64,000 bases of DNA, taken from the NCBI GenBank assembly GCA_965226885.1, contig CBDDEL010000017.1, forward strand, positions 672,001 to 736,000, written 5' to 3'. This document shows positions 1 to 10,497 of the stretch, piece after piece. The notes under the pieces were generated by a model that saw nothing but the letters and a program-made list of their open reading frames with translations, was not told where the DNA came from and searched no databases. Position 1 is the stretch's first letter. Each line of letters begins with the position of its first letter. The translations under genes were made by a program, and so were the position numbers. The stretch is from Opitutales bacterium. Its GTDB lineage: Bacteria; Verrucomicrobiota; Verrucomicrobiia; Opitutales; UBA2987.

Positions 1-1683
1 CTGAAACATACCCTGGGCGATAAAGCGGAAAAATCGCTTTTTGATGGAATTGACACCAGTTGGGGCCGGCTTCCAGGGGGAACCGCCGTTGGAGCCCTTC
101 TGGAAAGCGCTTACGGAGAGTTCGAGCCGGAAAACCCCGCCGCAATCGTTCCACTGCTCTTAAAGGCTCGTAGTTCTATCCTCGCTTTGGGTAAGAGCTA
201 TTGGCAAAAGGTCAAGCTGGAAGCGCTGGACAAAGTGTTGGCTGCTTGCCTGGGTCTCTACCTGGAGGTAAAGGCGAGCGACTACTCGTCAGTTCCCGGA
301 GGTTCCCTTGAGTTAACGTTTGAGGCCGTCAACCGTTCCGGAACTACCGTGACCTTGAACAGCCTGCAACTTTCATTTTCCGGGGAATCCGTCGAAATCG
401 ATCAATGGCTGGAAAACAACATCGGTTACAGCCATACGCTGGAAACAAACCTTCCGGTGGAAATGTCTTTGTCCCAACCTTACTGGCTGGCGGAAGAGGG
501 CACATTGGGCATGTTTGAGGTGAAAAACCAGGAAAGGATTGGCTTGCCTGAGAATCCGCCGGCAGCATCGGCCACATTTTCCCTCGATATCGCCGGGCAG
601 ACGGTGGAATTCATCCGTCCAGTGGTTTACCGGTGGAACGATCCGGTGAAAGGCGAGCAATACCGGCCCTTCGAGGTCGTGCCGGAGGTTTCCGTTAATT
701 TTTCGGAAAAGATTCTGCTTTTTGCCAATGGCCAACCAAGGCGCATCGAAGCGAATGTCCTGGCAGGGAAAGCGGGCATGGAGGGCGACGTGCGCCTGAG
801 AATGCCGGAGGGTTGGCGGAGCGAACCAGAGGCTGCCTCCTTCCGTTTGACCGAGAAAGGGGAGCGGGTGACGGTTGCTTTCGATATCTATCCGCCCACC
901 GCGCCCACCGGTCAGTCTGTCGGCCAAATGAAAGCGGTCGCTCGCGCAGGAGAGCTGGAATTTACACGAGGGCTGGTGCGGATCGAATACGATCATATTC
1001 CGGTGCAAACGCTATTCCCGGAGGCTTCCGCCCGCTTGGTTCGTTTGCATATCGAAAAAAGGGGCAACCTGATCGGTTATATTCAAGGCGCGGGAGACGA
1101 AATTCCGGGGGCCCTTCGGCAAATTGGCTACCAGGTTGAAGAATTGATGGAAGATGAGATGGACCTGCAAAACCTGAAGCGGTTCGATGCGGTCATAATG
1201 GGTGTGCGGGCTTACAACACCCTCGATAATATCCGTTTCCACCAACCGAATCTTTTTAAGTATGTGGAAGAGGGCGGTGTGATGATCGTCCAGTACAATA
1301 CCAACCACCGATTGAAGGTGGATGAGGTTGCCCCTTACCCCTTAAAACTTTCCCGCGACCGGGTGACGGTGGAAGAGGCCGAGGTGAGAATCCTCAAACC
1401 GGACCATCCTATTCTCAATGTTCCCAACAAAATTACGGCTGAGGATTTCGAGGGTTGGGTGCAGGAGCGCGGGCTCTATTTCCCCAGCGAATGGGATGAC
1501 CGGTTCGAGGCCCTGCTTTCCAGCAACGATCCGGCCGAGCCGCCCAGGGACGGAGGTTTGCTGGTGGCGGCTTATGGCAATGGTATTTACATTTACACCG
1601 GATATTCATGGTTTCGGGAACTGCCGGCCGGAGTGCCCGGGGCTTTCCGCATTTTCGCCAACCTGATTTCGGCCGGGAAATGA
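1..1683 (+). CDS. PIG-L/LmbE-family deacetylase with NEW3-like and C-terminal glutamine-amidotransferase-like domains (5' end outside window)
   Basis: Frame is open from base 1 (LKHTLGD...FDGIDTSW); C-terminal GYIQGAGD...WVQERGLYF...FRELPAGVPGAFRIFANLIS is typical of this family. Confidence 0.8.
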   Translation: MKHTLGDKAEKSLFDGIDTSWGRLPGGTAVGALLESAYGEFEPENPAAIVPLLLKARSSILALGKSYWQKVKLEALDKVLAACLGLYLEVKASDYSSVPGGSLELTFEAVNRSGTTVTLNSLQLSFSGESVEIDQWLENNIGYSHTLETNLPVEMSLSQPYWLAEEGTLGMFEVKNQERIGLPENPPAASATFSLDIAGQTVEFIRPVVYRWNDPVKGEQYRPFEVVPEVSVNFSEKILLFANGQPRRIEANVLAGKAGMEGDVRLRMPEGWRSEPEAASFRLTEKGERVTVAFDIYPPTAPTGQSVGQMKAVARAGELEFTRGLVRIEYDHIPVQTLFPEASARLVRLHIEKRGNLIGYIQGAGDEIPGALRQIGYQVEELMEDEMDLQNLKRFDAVIMGVRAYNTLDNIRFHQPNLFKYVEEGGVMIVQYNTNHRLKVDEVAPYPLKLSRDRVTVEEAEVRILKPDHPILNVPNKITAEDFEGWVQERGLYFPSEWDDRFEALLSSNDPAEPPRDGGLLVAAYGNGIYIYTGYSWFRELPAGVPGAFRIFANLISAGK

Positions 1684-1779
1684 TTTCTGGATGCTGGATC
1701 ATGCTTCAAGTGTCCCAAAATTGTGCAGGTGGGAAATAATCTGAGAGTTCAAACACTCTGAATCACCGGGAACAGCATT

Positions 1780-1929
1780 ATGTGGCGAGAATCATCCGAT
1801 AATGACAATGGCGATCCCAATGGGAAACCGCCCTTCCTTCCGAGTTGGGCGGCCGTTTACGGTGTTGTTCTGGGTATTCTGGCGACTCTCATAGCCCTGT
1901 TTCATTTGTTTACCGTAATTTATCGATGA
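1780..1929 (+). CDS. 49-aa single-TM membrane protein coupled to the symporter (absent from the ORF track)
   Basis: MWRESSDNDNGDPNGKPPFLPSWAAVYGVVLGILATLIALFHLFTVIYR*; its TGA overlaps the symporter ATG (ATGA at 1926-1929). Confidence 0.75.
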   Translation: MWRESSDNDNGDPNGKPPFLPSWAAVYGVVLGILATLIALFHLFTVIYR

Positions 1930-3620
1930 GCAGCCTGGATTTCATCGTCCTGGTCGGCACACTTTTTTTTATCGCCGCCTACGGGGTCTGGAAAACACGC
2001 GGAAGCAAGAGCCTGAAAGGCTACCTGAAGGGCGGCAACAGTATGAAATGGGGCGCCATCGGCCTTTCCGTGATGGCTACCCAGGCCAGCGCCATCACCT
2101 TTCTCTCAACGCCAGGGCTGGCTTATGAGAGCGGCATGGCTTTCGTTCAAAATTACTTCGGACTGCCCCTGGCCCTGATTATCATTTCAGTCGTTTTCAT
2201 TCCCATCTATTACCGCCTAAAGGTTTATACCGCCTACGAATTCCTGGAATCGCGTTTCGACCTGAAGACAAGGCAACTGGGGGCTTTTTTGTTTCTCGTC
2301 CAGCGCGGATTGGCTGCTGGCATAACCGTTTACGCTCCGGCCATTATTGTTTCCACCATCCTGGGCTGGGACCTCAACCTCACCATCCTGATGGTGGGGA
2401 TTGTGGTTATCATTTATACCGTTACGGGGGGATCGAGGGCGGTCAGCCTGACCCAGAAATACCAGATGGGAGTCATCATGGTGGGAATGATGGTGGCTTT
2501 TTTCATGGTAATATTAAAATTTCCTGAAGGCATCAGTTTCGGCGAGGCGGTGGCGGTGGCGGGAAAAATGGGTAAGCTGGAGGTGGTCGATTTTTCTTTC
2601 GATATCAACAAGCGTTACACCTTCTGGTCGGGGATGTTTGGCGGTTTTATTCTGGCCCTTTCCTATTTCGGCACGGATCAATCGCAGGTGCAGCGCTACT
2701 TGACCGGCAAAAATATTACGGAAAGCCGCATGGGGCTGATGTTCAATGCCGTTTTGAAAGTCCCCATGCAGTTTTTCATCCTCTTTGTCGGGGTGATGGT
2801 TTTTATTTTTTATCAATTCGAGAAACCACCAGTGTTTTTCAAGCAAACGGCCATGGAGTCCGCTTATGAGTCGTCCATCGGGAATGAGTTGAGGGTCTTG
2901 GACGACTCCTATACGGAAGTCTTCGCCGAAAAAAAGGAGAGCATAAACACCTTGATTGAGGCCATGAAAACGGGCCGGGAAGCAGATATAGAGATGGCCA
3001 GCAGCGAGCTTATGGTCATCGATGGCAAAGCCGGACAAATTCGTAATGAGGTGAAAGCGCTCCTGGTCAAGACCGATCCAACCCTGGAGACCAAGGATTC
3101 CGATTACGTTTTCCTCACCTTTATCCTCAACTACTTGCCCCACGGAGTCATCGGCCTGCTCCTGGCGGTCATTTTTTGCGCCGCCATGTCCTCGACCGCT
3201 TCTGAACTTAACGCCCTGGCCTCGACCTCAACGGTCGATTTTTACAAGAGGATTATCCATAAAAACGGCAGCGAGCGCCATTATGTGCTGGTTTCCAAAA
3301 TATTGACCGCATTCTGGGGCGGTGTGGCCATATTTTTCGCCATGACCGCCTATCTGGTGGAAAACCTCATCGAGGCCGTCAACATCCTGGGATCCATCTT
3401 TTACGGGACCATCCTGGGCATTTTCCTGGTCGCTTTTTTTGTGCGATTCATCAAAGGCAACGCCGTCTTTTTCGCCGCCCTCATATCTGAATCCCTGGTC
3501 CTGTTCCTCTTTTACAACACCGACATCGGCTACCTCTGGTACAACCTCATCGGCCTGGCCGGAGTCATCATCTTCGGCCTCTTCCTGCAGGTCGCGCTCC
3601 CCCGGCGCTGGAAGGGTTAA
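1926..3620 (+). CDS. Sodium:solute symporter (SSS family)
   Basis: Polytopic; SVMATQASAITF, YFGTDQSQVQRYL and AAMSSTASELN motifs; likely start MSSLDF at 1926. Confidence 0.92.
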   Translation: MSSLDFIVLVGTLFFIAAYGVWKTRGSKSLKGYLKGGNSMKWGAIGLSVMATQASAITFLSTPGLAYESGMAFVQNYFGLPLALIIISVVFIPIYYRLKVYTAYEFLESRFDLKTRQLGAFLFLVQRGLAAGITVYAPAIIVSTILGWDLNLTILMVGIVVIIYTVTGGSRAVSLTQKYQMGVIMVGMMVAFFMVILKFPEGISFGEAVAVAGKMGKLEVVDFSFDINKRYTFWSGMFGGFILALSYFGTDQSQVQRYLTGKNITESRMGLMFNAVLKVPMQFFILFVGVMVFIFYQFEKPPVFFKQTAMESAYESSIGNELRVLDDSYTEVFAEKKESINTLIEAMKTGREADIEMASSELMVIDGKAGQIRNEVKALLVKTDPTLETKDSDYVFLTFILNYLPHGVIGLLLAVIFCAAMSSTASELNALASTSTVDFYKRIIHKNGSERHYVLVSKILTAFWGGVAIFFAMTAYLVENLIEAVNILGSIFYGTILGIFLVAFFVRFIKGNAVFFAALISESLVLFLFYNTDIGYLWYNLIGLAGVIIFGLFLQVALPRRWKG

Positions 3621-4106
3621 TATGCAATTGGTTGAAGTTGTTACATTAAACTTTAATTCTGGTCCGATTTAAGATAGACGAACATTCATGCCAATAAAAT
3701 TAGACGCGCTCGATTTATCGAAGGAATATCCTCGCAGCCCACGGGAACTGCTGGGTGGCTACGTCATCGCCGGACGCACCCTGGACAAATGCCGCGCCGT
3801 TATTGCCGGGACCAACGATGATTATCATTTCGATTGTCCGCTGGATAACTTTTTTTTGTCTTTCGCCGAGATCAAAGTCGAAGATTTCAAGGCTTATGTC
3901 GCCACCGGGGCGACGGATGAAGAGGTCGCCGACTGGATTAAGGAACATGCCAAGGAGCGTCAGCAGCAGGAAATCATCCAATGGAACAATACCATGCGGG
4001 ATAAACGTCTCAGCGAGATGCCGATCGAACTGCAGGAATTTCTCGAGACCTATATTCCTGAATTCATTCCCAAGGGTAAGGTTATCCGTGTCTGGTTCGA
4101 TGTCTA

Positions 4107-5239
4107 ATACCAAATCGCAAAAGGATTGATAAAGATTAAAAAACAGCTATAAAGGCGGAATGAGAAGATATATGGGAACCGATGAAGACCGTGAACGTAT
4201 CAAGAAATTGCTCAACAAAGAGGCTGTCGGCTGGCGTAAAGAGCGTTTGGTGGCATTAAAAATGGGCTTCCAGCCGCACCACAGCATTGATGAAATTGGA
4301 GCCATCGTGGGCCGAGGCAAAGCGACGATCCAGCGTTGGTTTGACAAATATCGTGCTGCAGGGCTCGGGGCGGTGCTTACACGCGCCTACAAAGGCGGGA
4401 TCAAAAGCCGTTGCGACAAAGAGGTGGAGGCCTTCTTGCTCAATGGTTTGAAGGTCGCGCGCTGGAACACAGCCGTTCAGGCGGGGCAAGAGCTGGAGCG
4501 ACATTTCGGGCGCTCCTTCGCCTACAAGACGGTGTGGCGATGGCTAAAAAAATGCGCCGGGGTGCTTCGAGTCCCTCGGCCCGTGCATGAGAAACGGGAC
4601 TCGACAAAAGCGGAAGCGTTCAAGCGAGACTTTTTTAAGATCCTCCAGGAGCTTTCCCTCACCCGAGGCAATCGGGTTCGGGTGTGGTTTGCCGATGAAA
4701 GCCGTTTTGGTTTGCTTCCGGTGTACCGCCGGTGCTGGACGCAAAGAGGGCTTCGGCCGCACAAAAAATATCAGACAAGATACCAGTGGAGCTACTGTTA
4801 CGGAGCCCTCGACGTGGTCAACGGCGAGATGGTATGCATCCAAACCCCTAGCACGAATCTACAGTGGACGGAGGCTTTCCTCCAACAGATCAAAAAGCAA
4901 TATCCTGAGGAGGAACATGTGGTTGTATGGGACGGGGCAGGCTTCCATCCGCACGACTCGGAGCACCCCAACGTCCCCCCGGGCATACATATCGTGAATT
5001 TGCCGCCGTATAGTCCTGAACTCAACCCGATTGAAAGACTTTGGGATATGATACAGGATCAAACGGCCAACAAACTGTGGCCGAGCATTGAGCGACTCGA
5101 AGAAGTCGTCGCAACCCATCTCAAAGACTGGTGGGAGGACACTGAAAAAGTCCTCTCTTTAGTTGGCGGAGGCTGGCAGCACATTCAAGCAAACGCTTCT
5201 GCCAAATAACTTATTATCATACCTAATGAGATTTGGTAT
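4107..5239 (+). mobile_element. IS630-family element
   Basis: Terminal IRs ATACCAAATC / GATTTGGTAT; inserted at TA(A). Confidence 0.9.
4160..5209 (+). CDS. IS630 transposase
   Basis: HTH plus FADESRFG, VWDGAGFH, SPELNPIE DDE motifs. Confidence 0.95.
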   Translation: MRRYMGTDEDRERIKKLLNKEAVGWRKERLVALKMGFQPHHSIDEIGAIVGRGKATIQRWFDKYRAAGLGAVLTRAYKGGIKSRCDKEVEAFLLNGLKVARWNTAVQAGQELERHFGRSFAYKTVWRWLKKCAGVLRVPRPVHEKRDSTKAEAFKRDFFKILQELSLTRGNRVRVWFADESRFGLLPVYRRCWTQRGLRPHKKYQTRYQWSYCYGALDVVNGEMVCIQTPSTNLQWTEAFLQQIKKQYPEEEHVVVWDGAGFHPHDSEHPNVPPGIHIVNLPPYSPELNPIERLWDMIQDQTANKLWPSIERLEEVVATHLKDWWEDTEKVLSLVGGGWQHIQANASAK

Positions 5240-5692
5240 AAGACATCGAAGAGGGGCGGCTCTGACCCGCTTCGAACGACGCTAAAAATAAAACCTGAGT
5301 TCGGCAAAAAGGGCTTTTTCCTTTTTTTGCAAGTCGATCCAATGATTTTTCAGTTTTGTGAATTCCCGCGAATGGGCGGTTTCTTTTTGGAATACCATTT
5401 CCTCAGTTTTCGGATCGAGATTCCATAGACCCCAATCTTCCTCCAGAATGGAAAGCATGGCCAACTGGACATTAAAGTTTTGACGTTTGGCCAGCATGAT
5501 TTTTCGCCAATGGATCCTCAGTTCGCCCAGAAAGGAGAGCCCGCCATAAACCAGTTCACGCTCGATTTTCCAACCTTCCACTTCTTTTTCATCCATTTCC
5601 CCGGCATAGAGCCAATTGTGTAAACGCCGGGGAAAAACCGGTACGGTAAAGAGGGCGCTTTAAAACCGGTACGCTTATCCTAGAAAGGAGGA

Positions 5693-7198
5693 GTGTATCG
5701 AGATATGAAGCAATGGACAAGAGTGCGGCACAAAGTGCTGCGGGACAAGCAGAGCAAGCGCTCTGTAATGCGAGAAGAGGGACTGCACTGGGAGACCCTG
5801 GGAAAGATGCTGGCCTATTCCCAGCCGCCGGGATACCGGCGCAAGAAGAGGCGAGAGCGCAAGATCGATCCGTATGTGGGCTGGATCGAGGAGGTGCTCA
5901 AAGCGGACCGGAACGTGCCCAAGAAGCAGCGCCATACGGCCAAACGGATCTACCAGCGTTTGGGTCGGGAGAAGGGCTACCAAGGGGGCTACACGGCGGT
6001 CAAGGAGGTGGTGGCCGAGCTGCGAGCGAGGCGGCGGGAAGTGTTCGTGCCGCTGGAGCACCGCCCCGGGGAGGGACAGGTGGACTTCGGTCATGCCCTG
6101 GTGAAGGAGGCGGGGCAATTGCGTAGGCGGCCATTTTTTGCCATGAGCCTGCCCTACAGCGATGCCTTTTTCGTGCAGGTGTTCGAACGGGAGTGCACGG
6201 AGAGCTTCTGGGAGGGGCACCTGCGAGCTTTTGAGTTTTTCGGGGCGGTGCCCCGGCGCATCAGCTATGACAACTCGAAGGTGGCGGTGGGTAAGATTAT
6301 CGGTTCGCGTGAACGCAAGCTGACCGACGGGTTTCTGCAGCTACAGAGCCATTACCTGTTCGAGGAACACTTCTGTCTGCCCGCCCGGCCCAACGAGAAG
6401 GGCGTGGTCGAGGGGATCGTGCGTTATGCCCGGGCCAACTTCCTGGTACCGGTACCGCAGGTTCGGGACCTGGAGGAACTCAACGCAAAGCTGTTGGAGG
6501 CATGTGAGCGGGACATGGAGCGTAAATTACGCGGGAAAAGGGCGGTGAAAAAGGAACTGCTGGCCGAGGAGCGCGCCGTCATGCTGGCGTTGCCGCCCAT
6601 ACCCTTTGAAGCGAGCCGCAAACGCTCGACCTGCGTCAGCAGCCTCTCGCTGGTGCGCTTCGAGTGCAACGACTATTCGGTGCCGGTGCGCTGCGCCCAC
6701 CATCCGGTGGTGGTGGAAGGGTCCTGTCGGCAGGTGGTGATCTTCTGTGGGGGCCAAGAGGTGGCCCGGCACCGCCGCATTTGGGATAAAGAGCAAGTCT
6801 CTTTCGAGCCGGTGCACTACCTGGCTTTGCTGGAGAAAAAACCGGGCGCTTTGGACTTCGCCCGCCCACTCTCGGGCTGGCAGTTGCCGCAGTGCCTGCA
6901 GGTCCTCAGACGCCGGCTCGAAAGCCAATGCGGGGGCGAAGGCACCCGGGAGTATATCCGGGTGCTGCGGCTGTTGGAGAAACACCCCATGGCGGCCTTG
7001 CAGCAGGCCGTCGTCTCGGCCCTGCGGGTGGGGGGACTGACTCGTGAGGCCATCGCCCAGTATCTCTATCCTCAGGAAGACTACGGGAGCAGAACCTTCC
7101 GGCTGGACGGCCATCCACACCTGCGTCACGTCCGTGTGGCCGCCCCTGACCTCGGTGCCTACAGCGAACTGCTCAAGATTCCAGGAGGGGCTTTATGA
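5693..7198 (+). CDS. istA: IS21 transposase
   Basis: GEGQVDFG, ISYDN, NEKGVVE motifs. Confidence 0.95.
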   Translation: MYRDMKQWTRVRHKVLRDKQSKRSVMREEGLHWETLGKMLAYSQPPGYRRKKRRERKIDPYVGWIEEVLKADRNVPKKQRHTAKRIYQRLGREKGYQGGYTAVKEVVAELRARRREVFVPLEHRPGEGQVDFGHALVKEAGQLRRRPFFAMSLPYSDAFFVQVFERECTESFWEGHLRAFEFFGAVPRRISYDNSKVAVGKIIGSRERKLTDGFLQLQSHYLFEEHFCLPARPNEKGVVEGIVRYARANFLVPVPQVRDLEELNAKLLEACERDMERKLRGKRAVKKELLAEERAVMLALPPIPFEASRKRSTCVSSLSLVRFECNDYSVPVRCAHHPVVVEGSCRQVVIFCGGQEVARHRRIWDKEQVSFEPVHYLALLEKKPGALDFARPLSGWQLPQCLQVLRRRLESQCGGEGTREYIRVLRLLEKHPMAALQQAVVSALRVGGLTREAIAQYLYPQEDYGSRTFRLDGHPHLRHVRVAAPDLGAYSELLKIPGGAL

Positions 7199-7962
7199 AG
7201 GAAGAAAAAAACCAGCTGCTGTTACACCATCACCTCAAGAAACTGAAGTTGCCCACCATCCTGCGCGAATGGCCGGCGGTGGCCGCGGCTTGTTCCCGGG
7301 ACCGGCTCGATTACGCCGCCTTTTTGTTGCATCTGGTCGAACGGGAGCTCATTGAACGCGAACAGCGGGCCGCCCAGCGGCGGATCAAAAACGCCCGTTT
7401 CCCCGTGCTCAAGACCCTCGAGAGCTTCGCCTTTGAAGCGCAGCCCTCGATCAACGAAGCGCTCATCCGAGAGCTCATGCGCGGGGAGTATGTCGACCAG
7501 CGCGAAAACGTGCTGCTCCTCGGTAACGCCGGTACCGGTAAAACGCACCTGGCCACCGCCCTGGGCTTTGCCGCCTGTGCCCAGGGCCGGCGGATCCGTT
7601 TCTTCGGGGTCACCGCCCTGGTTACCCATATGCTCGAGCAACGCGACAACCACGACCTGCAGCGCTTCATGAAGCAACTCGAAAGGCTCGACCTACTCAT
7701 CCTCGACGAACTCGGTTACGTCCCTTTTTCCAAGACCGGTTCCGAACTGCTCTTCGACGTGGTCAGCCGCGCTTACGAGCGCACCAGTCTCATCGTCACC
7801 ACCAACCTGCCCTTTGAGAACTGGATCGAAGTGCTCGGTTCCGAACGGCTCACCGGAGCTCTGCTGGACCGACTCACCCATCGGGTGCATATCCTCGAAG
7901 CCAACGGGCAAAGCTACCGCTTGCGCGATGCTCGACGCCGTCGCCGTGGCACAAAACAATAA
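7195..7962 (+). CDS. istB: IS21 helper AAA+ ATPase
   Basis: GNAGTGKTHLA Walker A, LLILDELGY, LLDRLTH. Confidence 0.95.
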   Translation: MKEEKNQLLLHHHLKKLKLPTILREWPAVAAACSRDRLDYAAFLLHLVERELIEREQRAAQRRIKNARFPVLKTLESFAFEAQPSINEALIRELMRGEYVDQRENVLLLGNAGTGKTHLATALGFAACAQGRRIRFFGVTALVTHMLEQRDNHDLQRFMKQLERLDLLILDELGYVPFSKTGSELLFDVVSRAYERTSLIVTTNLPFENWIEVLGSERLTGALLDRLTHRVHILEANGQSYRLRDARRRRRGTKQ

Positions 7963-8665
7963 ACGCCTTGGGCCCGGCTCGTCGGCCTCCGGCCTCCTCA
8001 CCGACCCCAAGCCAATCCCCAAAACCAACTCCCAAACCCTAAACCTTGACGTACCTGCAATTACTAACCTAAACCTTATTCCAAGCGTACCGGTTTTACC
8101 CCGACCCCCGTACCGGTTTCATCCCGGCGTTTACACAATTGAGGTTCTTTTCAAATTCCTCCAACTCCAGATGGCTTTGCAAAAGATTCCCGAGGGACTT
8201 TCTTTTTTGCGCAAGATCGCCTGAATCCAACGTGTGGCCGAGTTTGGTAAAATCGTTCCCGGCATTGGTTCGCAGTTTTTTTTCGTAATCGACCACCAAG
8301 GGTTTGAGGCCTTCCAGGACCGTTATGCGGGCAGCAATGATGCCATTTTCATCGCCTTTGAGTTCCTTCAATCCGGGTTTCAGCAATTTCAGAATTTCGT
8401 CGAAATAATAATCGTCATGGGGAGAGTGTCCTTCTTCTTCGAGGAAACTCCTGCGCTCGATCAGGTATTGACGAACGGCGTCATTAAAAATTTCCGACCG
8501 ATAGGCAAAGAGGACTTCGTTGTCGCCTGATTTGCTTTGAAAATAGAGTAGCAAGAAAATGCAAAAAGCGAGGGCTGCGCTGGCCAGAGCCGGTAATTTT
8601 TTTCCTTCCAATTTCATTATGGGAAAACCATGACAATGCTTTGCCCGAATTGGGGCTTAATGGAC

Positions 8666-9460
8666 TCAGCCAAGGTTAAAAAACTGTCGGGAATTGGCTG
8701 TTGTCCGGCGGGCGAATTCTTCTTTGTCCAGGTTAAATAGATTAGCGCAAAATTCCGCCGTATGGCGAACGAATGCCGGCTCGTTGCGTTTTCCCCGCAT
8801 GGGAACGGGCGCCAGGTAGGGAGCGTCTGTTTCCACCATGAGGGCATCCAGGCCCTGGGCTAGTAGGGCCTCGCGAATATCGCCGGCATTTTTATAAGTA
8901 ACGATTCCTGTGAATGAACCGCGACCGCCTCGTTCATTAAGAAGGCGTATTTCCTCAGGCCCGTCTGCGAAACAGTGAAAGACGATTCGAGACCAGTCGG
9001 CGTCCGCTTCATCAATGACCTTCACACATTCGTGAAAGGAATTTCGAGAATGCACAACCACAGGGCAATTCATGCTGGAAGCCAATTTCAGTTGTTGCTT
9101 AAACACGAGAACCTGGCGCGATTTTACTGCCTCCGCATCTTGCGCGGTCTTGGGCAAATGAAAGTGGTCGAGGCCAATTTCGCCAATCCCCACATGAGCG
9201 GGATCGCCATTCAAAAAAGACGGCAGGCAGGCAAGCTGCTCTTCCCAATCTTCGCCGATATCGGTGGGGTGAAGCCCTATGGTATAGGAGATTATGGAGG
9301 GGTATTGGGCGGCCAATTGGCGGTTGATTTCCCAATCCTTTTCACTGGTGCCAATGGTGACTATCCGTCCGACACCAGCCTCGGCGGCATGTTCGAGAAT
9401 TTCCTCAAGGCATCCTTTGCGGTAAAAATTTGCCAGGTGGCAATGACTATCGATCAGCAT
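8666..9460 (-). CDS. tatD: TatD-family hydrolase
   Basis: DSHCHL, GLHP, GEIGLD, VVHSR, FHCF, ETDAPYLAP; an alternative GTG start lies at 9475. Confidence 0.93.
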   Translation of the reverse strand: MLIDSHCHLANFYRKGCLEEILEHAAEAGVGRIVTIGTSEKDWEINRQLAAQYPSIISYTIGLHPTDIGEDWEEQLACLPSFLNGDPAHVGIGEIGLDHFHLPKTAQDAEAVKSRQVLVFKQQLKLASSMNCPVVVHSRNSFHECVKVIDEADADWSRIVFHCFADGPEEIRLLNERGGRGSFTGIVTYKNAGDIREALLAQGLDALMVETDAPYLAPVPMRGKRNEPAFVRHTAEFCANLFNLDKEEFARRTTANSRQFFNLG

Positions 9461-9537
9461 GGTAGAAATTTTCACGTATATTTAGTTTGAATCCTGGCTC
9501 GTGGCAAGATTGCCTGTGCTAAATAAAATTTATTGCG

Positions 9538-10476
9538 ATGGAAAATGTGATTATTCTTGGAACCGGCTGTGCGGGATTAACCGCCGCCATTTATACCGCC
9601 CGGGCCAATCTGAACCCGCTGGTGCTGGAGGGTGGCCAACCGGGCGGTCAGTTGACGACTACTTCCGAGGTGGAGAATTTTCCCGGATTCCCAGAGGGTA
9701 TCGACGGTTATAACCTGATGGACAATCTGCGAAAACAGGCGGCCCGGTTCGGTGCCCGCACACAGTTCGATTCGATTGTGAGAGTGGATTTCAGCGGACC
9801 GGTAAAAAAATTTTATTCCTCCAGCAAAACCTATGAAACGAAGGCCGTGATTATTTCCACGGGGGCTTCTCCACGCTTAATCGGAGTTCCCGGTGAACAG
9901 GAAATGTTTGGCGGCAAGGGCGTGACCACATGCGCCACCTGCGATGGGGCTTTTTACCGGGATATGGATGTTGTGGTCGTGGGCGGTGGCGATTCGGCCT
10001 GCGAGGAAGCTCTTTTTTTAACCCGCTTTTGTTCCAAAATCAGCCTTATCCACCGGAGGGACGAATTAAGGGCCTCCAAAATAATGGCGGAACGAACCTT
10101 GCAGCAGGAAAAGATTATTCCTGTCTGGAATACCGTGGTGGAAGAGGTACTGGCCGATGAAGATGGGAAAGCCCGCGGGGTAGCTGTCCGCAATGTGGTG
10201 ACGGGAGAAACCGCCGAGATACCGGCCAAAGGTGTATTTTTGGCCATCGGACACACGCCCAACACACAGCCATTGGACGGCGTTCTGGATTTGGACGGAA
10301 ATGGTTACCTGGTTCCCCAGCCCAACAGCATGGTGCGCACTTCCATTCCCGGAGTCTATGCCGCTGGCGATTGCGTGGACCACGTATACCGTCAGGCCAT
10401 CACCGCCGCGGGAATGGGCTGCCAGGCTGCCATCGAAGCCGAGCGCTGGCTGGCGGAACAAGCCTTCTCCGGCTGA
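9538..10476 (+). CDS. trxB: Thioredoxin-disulfide reductase
   Basis: [41 protein letters not shown]. Confidence 0.96.
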   Translation: MENVIILGTGCAGLTAAIYTARANLNPLVLEGGQPGGQLTTTSEVENFPGFPEGIDGYNLMDNLRKQAARFGARTQFDSIVRVDFSGPVKKFYSSSKTYETKAVIISTGASPRLIGVPGEQEMFGGKGVTTCATCDGAFYRDMDVVVVGGGDSACEEALFLTRFCSKISLIHRRDELRASKIMAERTLQQEKIIPVWNTVVEEVLADEDGKARGVAVRNVVTGETAEIPAKGVFLAIGHTPNTQPLDGVLDLDGNGYLVPQPNSMVRTSIPGVYAAGDCVDHVYRQAITAAGMGCQAAIEAERWLAEQAFSG

Positions 10477-10497
10477 AAGTGGAAATCAAAAATCCGT

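Larger units (their letters stand above)
3688..5265 (+). pseudogene. DUF5069-like protein; last codons (DIEEGRL*, 5242-5265) separated by IS630
   Basis: PRSPRELLGGY..RTLDKCRA..YHFDCPLD motif; frame resumes after the IS right end. Confidence 0.7.
5619..8135 (+). mobile_element. IS21-family element, copy 1 (2517 bp)
   Basis: TGTAAACGCCGGG...CCCGGCGTTTACA ends, internal AAACCGGTACG repeats, 6-bp TSD CAATTG (5613-5618, 8136-8141). Confidence 0.95.
5282..8617 (-). pseudogene. ~270-aa hypothetical protein with N-terminal TM, split by IS21
   Basis: Removing IS21 and one CAATTG joins ...EKNLN|WLYAGEMDEKEVEGW... in frame. Confidence 0.75.
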
